Shown piece by piece: positions 55,780-64,000 of a stretch of 64,000 nucleotides of DNA. The DNA is taken from assembly GCA_951406725.2 (NCBI GenBank), contig OX597825.1:46500001-46564000 (forward strand), in the 5' to 3' direction. Every line of letters starts with the position of its first letter. The stretch's first letter is position 1. The stretch is from Octopus vulgaris (Eukaryota). Under the pieces are notes generated by a model. The model saw only the letters and a list, made by a program, of their open reading frames with translations, was not told the DNA's origin and searched no databases. The translations under genes were made by a program, and so were the position numbers.

Positions 55780-56050
55780 GGTGGTGAGTTGGCTGAATCG
55801 TTACTATGCTGGACAAAATGCTGAGTGAAATTTTTAAAGGTAGTAAGCTGGTAGAATTGTTAGCATGTCAGGTAAAATGCTTAGCAGCATTTTGTCTGTC
55901 TTCATGTTCTGAGTTCACAATCTGCTGAGGTTGACTTTGCCTTTCATCCTTTATGGTTCGATAAAATAAGTACCAGTTGAGTACTGGGGTCGATGTAATT
56001 GACTTAGCCCCTCCCTCTACATTGCTGGCCTTGTGCCAAATTTTGAAATC
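55780..56050 (+). mobile_element. tRNA-derived SINE with conserved central domain, preceded by a partial head duplication
   Basis: ggtagtaagctggtagaattgttagca...ctgagttc head, then gactttgcctttcatcct...gataaaataagtaccagttgagtactggggtcgatg. Further decayed pieces lie at ~56540-56780. Confidence 0.75.
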
Positions 56051-57139
56051 TATATCAAAAACTGAATTTGGTGCTAGAAATAAAATAACAAGTATAAATG
56101 TGCAAACCATCCTACTTATTAACTACAGCTTCAACATAATAAACCAGAAGTAAATTGAAGATGTTTGACAGAAAACCCATTAAAGCATTCACAGAATTTC
56201 AAAGCCATCACTCCAAACATATTTTACATCCCAGAATGACTCTAAAACACATATCACTAATCACACACTTTGTATGAAATGCAAACATAGCCCACCAAAA
56301 TAACACAATTCACATTGCACATACTCAACACAACAGATGAAATACTAAAATAACACCAGAAACAATGAATCAAGTGCAAAACTGATATAACATGCTCCCA
56401 GAATAATCTATTGGAAATATATTATCAAATAAATTCTTGAGAAGTAGTTTTTGTTTGTTTCTTCTCTTTCTATTTTCTTTTTTGCTCTTGTCTAAAATAT
56501 TTAGAATACTCTTTTGTGAATTGTTGGATTTGTTGGAGCATCAGACAAAATGGATCACAGGATTTGTTCCAAATCTCTGCCCTCTGAGTTCAAATTCTGT
56601 CAAGATCTATTTTGCCTTTCATCATTTTGGGGAATCACTAAAAATGTTTCAAAATTACATTTGAAATAGTGCCAATCTAAGGCAATTGACAGAGGTGTAA
56701 GAATGTCGTATTGGACTACTTGCGGTATTTGTTTCAGTGGTTTGTGCTCTGAGTTCAAATCACACTGTGGCCTACTTGACCTGACACCACCACCTAGCAT
56801 TGTGGGTGCCTTTAGTAAAGTTCATTCAGACTAGGTTTCTGGTTCGAGGATATATTCCTCACCAACTTTCACTAGTTTTGAAGGCTCTGTAAAGGGTCAT
56901 TAAGGCCTTTACTCTTGAATAAAAGATTAACAAAACAATCTCATTTCAAATATGTTTGTAAAAATAATTAATTTATAAAATTTATTTAGTATTTTATTAA
57001 TATATAATATTGTTATATATTATATTTTTTATAATATTATGAGATCATATTTTATAATATTATGAGATCATATTTTATAATAATATAAATTGTTATTATA
57101 AAATATTGTATGAGCAAAGTCTATATTTCTATATTACAG

Positions 57140-57339
57140 AAAAGTATGGGAAAAACAGTCTAGTGTTCATTCAAAGAACATTGTCAGCTTTAACAAGTAT
57201 TGCACAGACCAAAAAGCATAATTCTAAAAAGCCTGATTTGAATCGGTTGGTTACAGAACTAATACCCCTTTACAGTAACTATTTATTACCTATTGGAGTT
57301 GTAAAAGATCAGAAAAGTGTCTCAAATAATGTCTTACAT
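57140..57339 (+). CDS. Internal coding exon (200 bp, phase 1-0) of the same M13 metallopeptidase
   Basis: Acceptor tttctatattacag| and donor |gtaagt. The open peptide (E)KYGKNSLVFIQRTL...DLNRLVTELIPLYSNYLLPIGVVKDQKSVSNNVLH matches the M13 'V..D.KNS..NVI(H/Q)' segment that precedes IDQ. Confidence 0.75.
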
Positions 57340-58300
57340 GTAAGTTGCAATAATTAAATAAGAAACTGTAGTATCCTCACTTCTTTGTTTTCATTCAAAG
57401 ATTTTTTGATTTACATTTTTCATGTATGCTTTTATTTTTTGACACTATTAACAATTTACATTTATGATGTAATATAGCATAATATAGGGTGTGACAGAAA
57501 AACCCTCACATATTTTACATGGCTATTGGTGTGGCATGAATGAAGTCAGGTTAGTCATCATGTGGTTAATATTTTACTGTTTTATTGAGTTCATTGTATG
57601 GATTGGTGCACACTGTGTTTTTACTATTCAAATGTTTGTCAACTTGTAACATGTGGGAGGTATCATTGATGTTCACTCTATACGATTATATTACATTAGT
57701 TTATATTATATTGAACTATGCCTCTATGTTTGTTGTTTTATATTTTTTGCAAATTATGTTTCATTCAAGCAGCATAAACATTTCCACGTAGTAAACTATT
57801 TTATTTTATCAATATTGCTGTTAGTTTTAATATTATCATTTCCCTATGATTTCTTAGCAAAATTCTGTTCATTTCAACAATGAGTTTTATTTAAAAAATT
57901 TCCCATTTAGGATTTTTGGATTAAGCTAAGAATTTAGTAACTACTCTCCTTTTCACACACAAACACAATTAGTGACTATACTTCTACGCTATTACATTTT
58001 CTTCTACCACCCTATCACAACAATAAACCTGTTCCACTTATCTTACCATCCCTTATCCTTCCACTTATAATTATTACTTGCTCTCTTCTATTCTCTTCCA
58101 GTTATAGGGGCCACTTTTGGCCCTTAAGCTTGGAAGTTACAAGGCAATTTTCACTAATGCTAGTGTTCCTATCTTTTTCAGAGCCTGAAAGATTGCTTTA
58201 AGATACAGGTGTATTTTATAAATATGTCTGTTCAAGTATCATAACAGCATTAAGCTATTAGTAGCTCTTTCGGTTGTGATTTCAAATTGATGTATGTATG

Positions 58301-58330
<30 letters not shown>

Positions 58331-58337
<7 letters not shown>

Positions 58338-58947
58338 TGCCCCCTCTTTATCAAGTATGGCCATTACACAAAGCTTAACTGTTATTGGTGCTGTGATCGA
58401 ATGTGACTTTTATTTGCTTTTTAAGGCTACAGCCAGCTATTCAGTTGAGACTCACAGCATTATCAACAATCATGAACAATGTTGCTATTGTGCAATGGCT
58501 GTGTAAGATTCTTTTTAAAGTGAGGAAAGGCTGTGCACTGAGTCAATCCCACTCACTATGCAACAGCAGCCATAATCCAAAAAGAAAAACAAGTCAACAT
58601 CATCGGAAACCACTGAGCTGTAGGTTTTATGTCGGAGTTATCCCAGTTACCTGAGTTACCTTCTCCTAGAAGGATGCCCTAACAAAGGCTAGGAGTCCTT
58701 CACTCCCAATGGTTTAACCGCGCGATCGGGTATTCAGTCTGATTATTTCTATGTCTCTGTGCATAATACAACCTTAAGCCTTAAAAAAAAATACACATTT
58801 ATTGGATGGCTGTTGACTCTCAAGAGTTCCTCCGCCCTTTGATGGGTTTTGTTTTTCATGCCGCAGGGTGTCCAATAAACACCCTCCTCACCTTGGTGGG
58901 GTTGCCAGTTTAGATGCTGACGGCCTGACCATGCAACAGGTTGTACT

Positions 58948-58950
<3 letters not shown>
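58331..58950 (-). mobile_element. Short non-autonomous RTE-derived element (5' UTR-like part plus 3' tail, no ORF) between (TA)n tracts
   Basis: The minus strand carries ggcatccttctaggagaaggtaactc, resembling a conserved RTE 5'-region motif. The left end tgatggctgccc resembles the tail of the RTE at 10702. Confidence 0.5.
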
Positions 58951-58996
<46 letters not shown>

Positions 58997-59000
<4 letters not shown>

Positions 59001-60225
59001 CATGCAGGAAGAAAATAGACACCTTTAATTTTCAAAATCTTTTATTTAATATGCAAAGTGAACAATTGAAATGCAATTGATAGTTAGGACTACATACTTT
59101 AGTATTTAGTTGACATTCCCTTTGCAGTTTTTAATTCAGAAACTCAACTGATGAGCTTTGTGATTGTCTCTTGTGGAATTTCTGCCCACTTTTCACACAA
59201 CAATCGAAACAATTATCTTTAGATTTAGGTTTCCGTTGAGTTTTTTGTATAGCTCTATCTAGTATGCTCCAAAGATTTTCAATTGGGTTCATGTCAGGAG
59301 ATTGGCTTGGCCAAGGAAGCCTTTTGATCCCATTTTCAGTCAGCCATGGTTGATTTCTTTTCCCTGTTTGACATGGAGACCCATCTTCCACGAATAAAAA
59401 CTCATTTTTCGTTATGTTATCATGTGGATATATCGGAAGTAGTCCTTGCTTAAGTATTTCGATGCATTTTTCAGAGTTTATGGTTCTAACACATTTGATC
59501 AGCTCAGAATGACCAATGCTAGTCACAGTCCCCCATACCATTACAGAGATACCGCTATGTTTCACAGTTGGTTGGAGTCATTTCAAACCAAATTCTTGAT
59601 TGGGAAGCCTCCAGACCCAAACATTTCCACTGTCTGAAAATAAGGCAAATCTGGATTCATCTCAGAAAATCACTCTATCCCAAAATGAACTGACATCTGA
59701 GCCCATTTCTTTCTTTTCCTGATAGGAGAGGTTTTCTTCTAGCTGCTCGTCCATAATACTCATGCTTATACACCTGTAACACATGTTCTTGGGCTAACTT
59801 CTAGCTGTTCTGCAATGTTAGAAGCCTTCGAACTCAACTTTTCCACAATTCCTTTCAAACAGTGAAGCTTCCTTTCTGAGGGCCCAGGTCAGCTGGGATG
59901 AGAATCTGTTGATTCTTTTCTCTGGCTTTTGAATTGCACTATAATTTTATTAACAGTAGCAAGAGGAATTTGAAGATTTTTGGCAATTTTTCATTGGCTA
60001 AGACCAACTTCAGATTGCCCAACAATATAACCTCTTTGAAAATCTGACAGCTCTGCTGAATTTTTTGTGTATGACATGATTACTTTTCGCAAATGTTTAA
60101 TATAATGGCACTTGGATTGAAAAAGAATAATTACATAGTAAATTCTACACCACTGAAAACACATTGAGACGCTTAAGTCAGAAATTTTGAAAATTAAAGG
60201 TGTCTATTTACTTCCTGCATGTCTG
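58997..60225 (-). mobile_element. Tc1-family (DD34E) DNA transposon with disrupted transposase
   Basis: 42 bp TIRs cagacatgcaggaag(a/t)aaatagacacctttaattttcaaaat with one mismatch. ATG at 60077 (MSYTKNSAELSDFQRGYIVG), then VIF*DESRF, VMVWG, EDGSPC and WPSQSPDMNPIENLW. Confidence 0.92.
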
Positions 60226-60312
60226 TGTATATAAATATATAGATACATACATGCAAAGATATATATATATATATATATATATATACGTATGTATGTATAT
60301 ATATACATATAT

Positions 60313-60842
60313 TCTTTTACTTGTTTCAGTCATTTGACTGCGGCCATGCTGGAACACTGCCTTTAGTCGGACAAACTGACCTCAGGACTTATTCTTTGTA
60401 AGCCTAGTACTTATTCTATTGGACTCTTTTGCTGAACCACTAAATTACAAGAACATAAACACACTAGCATTGTTTGTCAAGCGATGGTGGGGGGAAAACA
60501 CACACACACAAACATGCCATGATAGATCGTTAGCTCCTACACACATTTTTTCTCTCCTTGTTTTTTTCTGTGTATCTTTCTGTCGAAGAGCGTAGGCTCG
60601 AAATGTAAAAGACTTTTTCTATTTCTATTCCTGAGCGCTATACTAATACATTTGTTTGTACTCCACCTGCCTTCGTCTTTTGTTTATTTTTGTAAACCTT
60701 CCCGTTATATATATATATATCATGGGCTACTCTCAGGTTCCATCTACCAAATCCATTCTCAAGGCTTTGGTTGGCCCCAGAAGCTATAGTAGAAGACACT
60801 TGCCCATGATGCTATGCTGTGGGACTGAACCAGGACCCATGT
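60313..60842 (-). mobile_element. tRNA-derived SINE with CR1-like 3' tail, interrupted by another element at ~60516-60710
   Basis: The tail tgtttcagtcatttgactgcggccatgctgg matches the LINE end at 63300-63335. The head-proximal half (agaagacacttgccca...gggactgaacc) lies at 60722-60842. Confidence 0.7.
60575..60612 (+). ncRNA. Minimal hammerhead-like motif (non-canonical core)
   Basis: ucuuu-CUGUCGAA-GAGC(GUAG)GCUC-GAAA-UGUA-aaaga. Stem I and stem II pair, but the core has A6>U plus an extra A. Confidence 0.45.
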
Positions 60843-60844
60843 TA

Positions 60845-61011
60845 TATTTTTTATATTATGAGATCATATTTTATAATAATATAAATTGTTATTATAAAAT
60901 AGTATGAGCAAATATGAAGAGTGTATTTCTATATTACAGAAAAATGTGGGAAAAACAGTCTAGTGTTCATTCAAAGAACATTGTTGGCTTTAACAAGTAT
61001 CGCACAGACCA
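60845..61011 (+). pseudogene. Partial duplicate of the intron end and first ~71 nt of exon 57140
   Basis: Highly similar to ~57055-57211. The acceptor tattacag is intact (copy exon starts at 60940). Similarity stops at a TA-rich insertion and an in-frame stop follows. Confidence 0.85.
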
Positions 61012-61025
61012 TATATATTATATAT

Positions 61026-61761
61026 ATAACAATTTAATGAATAAAACATATGCATACATACATACATATATGTACATACCTACATCTATATGTATATATA
61101 CATGCATATATTCCTTTTCTTCAGCTGCCTCTGTTTTGACTCAATGCGTGTTTCGAAGGTAAGGGCAGAACACGACCACGCCGAAGCAGTCCGACCGGAG
61201 GGCTACTAACTTTCTTTCTGCCCACTGCTTTCAACAAGTCAACATCAGCTTTTTTCTGTCTTCACAAGCCGATCTTCAGAATGTGTCCTAACGAATTTTT
61301 CCAGCGTCTAGGCTTAAAAAAAAGCCCTTATTGTTGATTTCCTTGTCCTGTCTTTTACTGTTTTTATCTTTATTTGTACTGTTTTTTTCTTCATTTGTAT
61401 TGCTTTTACATCCTGTTCTTGTCACTTTTTTTTTTACCCCTCCACAAAAAAATTTTATCTAAATCATTTTGCAGGAATGACTGCTTCAACGTGGTCGTGT
61501 TCTGCCCATACCTTCGAAACACGCATTGAGTCGAAACAGGGGCAACTGAAAAAGGGGAATATTCCTTGTGTTGTTTGTCTTGTACTCTGTTTTTTCGTTG
61601 TTAAAAAAGTCCGTTTCCTTGTTTGGTTTTATGTTTCCGTTTCTCGTTGTGTTCTACGTTAATTTGAGGTGTCCTGTACTCATATGCATGTATATATACA
61701 TATAGATGTAGGTATGTACATATATGTATGCATGCATATGTTTTATTTATTAAATTGTTAT
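61026..61761. mobile_element. Fold-back/MITE-like element with composite inverted repeats
   Basis: 61108-61191 is inverted to 61479-61562, and ~61026-61109 is inverted to ~61682-61761. Confidence 0.75.
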
Positions 61762-61805
61762 TATATGATTGAACACACGCATAGTTTTCTTCTTCTTCCA
61801 AGTAA

Positions 61806-61809
<4 letters not shown>

Positions 61810-61872
<63 letters not shown>

Positions 61873-61934
61873 TGTATATATATATGTGTGTGTATATATA
61901 TATGTGTGTGTATATATATATGTATATGTATATA

Positions 61935-61969
<35 letters not shown>

Positions 61970-62036
61970 ATATATGTATATATATATATATGTATATATA
62001 TATGTATATATGTATATATATATGTATATATATATG

Positions 62037-62067
<31 letters not shown>

Positions 62068-62082
62068 GTATATATATATATG

Positions 62083-62115
<33 letters not shown>

Positions 62116-62120
62116 GTATA
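61810..62120. repeat. (TA)n/(TATG)n microsatellite
   Basis: Direct inspection. Confidence 0.95.
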
Positions 62121-63055
62121 TAATACAAAATGAGAAAATGGAGAAATATACCTAAATCAATCATCAACCATCATATAATACCCAATCAATACTTTATTAA
62201 ACCATTACACAACAGCAGTTATATTATACATAATATATTACAAATATAACAAGACATAGAAATAGAAATAGAAAATACATTTACATTGTAGCTGACAGCT
62301 GTTTCGGCCGTGAAGACAGGTATGTCCCATTTAACCTATTAGCTATATAAAGCAGGTATAAATGAGACATTAACAAGAATGTCTCACGGCCTCTTCAGAG
62401 AATTTAATGTAAGTATGAAAAAAATTTACATATAAATATAAATATGTGTGCATAGACACTCATATTTCTACACATATATATATATATACACAATAATACA
62501 ATATAAACAATATAGGTCAATATACATTAACAAACACAATAATGTTCCATATTGAACTCATAGTTCTATAATCAACATCAAGGAAATACATGTACACTCA
62601 CATTTAAAGCAGGCATATATATTTAACAGTCCAGTCTATTAAAATATGTAACCACACAAAAAAAGTCAATAAAATTAATATTAATATTAATAATAATAAT
62701 AATAACAACCATGATTGTACCAACTAAAGCAAACGGACATCCACATATATACTCAATAAGTCGAATTCCTCTGCCCGCATGGTATTGATTTTCATAGATA
62801 GATTCGATTGGCTTATAGTTTTAAATTTGAATCACAATGGAAATTTTACGGTTAGTTAGCCAGGAAACATACACACGCGCACGTACATCCACAGATGTAT
62901 TTTCTATTTCTATTTCTATGTCTTGTTATATTTGTAATATATTATGTATAATATAACTGCTGTTGTGTAATGGTTTAATAAAGTATTGATTGGGTATTAT
63001 CTGATGGTTGATGATTGATTTAGGTATATTTCTCCATTTTCTCATTTTGTATTAT
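62120..63055. mobile_element. Penelope-like non-autonomous element with ~161 bp inverted terminal segments
   Basis: 62120-62280 is the reverse complement of 62895-63055 (one mismatch seen). A hammerhead motif lies directly adjacent, as in Penelope pseudo-LTRs. Confidence 0.65.
62281..62412 (-). ncRNA. Type I hammerhead ribozyme with extended stem II
   Basis: Minus strand: CUGAAGA (62398-62392), GGCCGUGA...UCACGGCC stem II, GAAA (62305-62302), palindromic ACAGCUGU stem III, GUC cleavage triplet (C at 62294). Stem I is CU/AG plus UUACAUU/AAUGUAA. Confidence 0.8.
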
Positions 63056-63244
63056 TAATTTACGGTAATAATTGTACCCTTGCCCACATAATACAGTAGA
63101 TGAATTAATTGCATCGCAATTTTTAACATTTATGTATTAGTTTTGTTGGGTACTTCTCTAGCAGTATATTGGATATATGTTATCCCATGGAGGGTTGAAT
63201 TTACAACCCCTATCTAATTTTATATATATATGTATATATATATG

Positions 63245-63286
<42 letters not shown>

Positions 63287-63289
63287 AAT

Positions 63290-64000
63290 CCTTAAAAAAT
63301 GTTTCAGCCCGAAGGCCGCGGCCATGCTGGGGCACCACCGCTGAATGAGCTACACTCGTTTGTGAATCCACCTCTGATATGTGGCACTTGATCAACAAGG
63401 GAGTTCGATGCTGCTGCCCGCATCCGTGTCTCCTGTCGTGAGGTAGGTTCATCTGGGACGCCCAACAAGAAGAGATCCAGTTTAGTTTTAAAGAAACCCA
63501 CATCCACACCATGTAAGTCTCTCAGGCATTTAGGGAGGATGTTAAAGAGCTGTGGTCCTCTGAAACCCAAGCTGTTGCAGTATCTGGACCTGTATTTTGA
63601 TGGTGATGTTGGAATCCTTGGCACCACGCAGCGGCGCCCCGTTCTGCGGTTGGAGTAACTTTGAATGCCAAAGTTTGGGACAAGACCCTCCAGGATTTTC
63701 CAGATGTATATCACTGCATATCTCTCCCGCCTCCGCTCCAGGGAGAAGAGGTTTAATACCTTCAGTCTTTCCCAGTAGCTGACATTTTGCATTGAGACGA
63801 TTTTCTTTGTGTAGCTTCTCTGAGTTGCTTCGAGTTCTGCTGTTTGTTTTATATTGTGTGGTGACCAAAGTTGGGAGCAGTAGTCCAAGCGGCTGAGGAC
63901 AAATGTTTTCCATAGGACCATCAGTGTCTCCTTCTCTCTTGTTCTGAAAGTTCGGAGAATCCATCCAGCTAGCCGTCTGCATTTTATCACCAGATTAGCA
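63290..64000 (-). mobile_element. CR1-clade LINE 3' end with uninterrupted ORF2 C-terminus (runs off the window)
   Basis: 228 aa open frame with SRLDYCSQLWSP, QRSYTK, SYWERLKVLNLFSLERRRER and FKTKLD. Ends in a 3' stem-loop tail. Confidence 0.9.

Noticed and set aside
61601-62167. Long YI/IY-rich ORFs (also the poly-Leu and Ser/Ile-rich ORFs at 25486 and 29141-29632)
   Set aside because: These are translations of microsatellites or low-complexity repeats.

Overview
Repeat-saturated animal genomic DNA, probably octopus or another cephalopod (inferred only from the mix of SINE, RTE, Dong and Tx1 families). The only host gene found is a + strand M13 (neprilysin/endothelin-converting-enzyme-like) metallopeptidase. 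It is seen as two GT-AG exons (9888-9971 and 57140-57339) that splice in frame across a ~47 kb intron. That intron holds decayed LINEs (RTE, R4/Dong, Tx1/L1), a mariner, a Helitron, SINEs and a ~24.8 kb homogeneous tandem array (~76 monomers of ~284 bp plus a variable (GA)n tract, with one N-gap). The array appears to sit inside a single insertion that ends in an RTE-type 3' tail. The right end has a Tc1 element, a partial duplicate of the second exon, nested inverted-repeat elements, a clear type I hammerhead ribozyme motif inside a Penelope-like inverted-repeat element, and a young CR1-type LINE. Most ORFs in the supplied track are microsatellite or satellite artefacts. All calls are by eye; no database search was possible.
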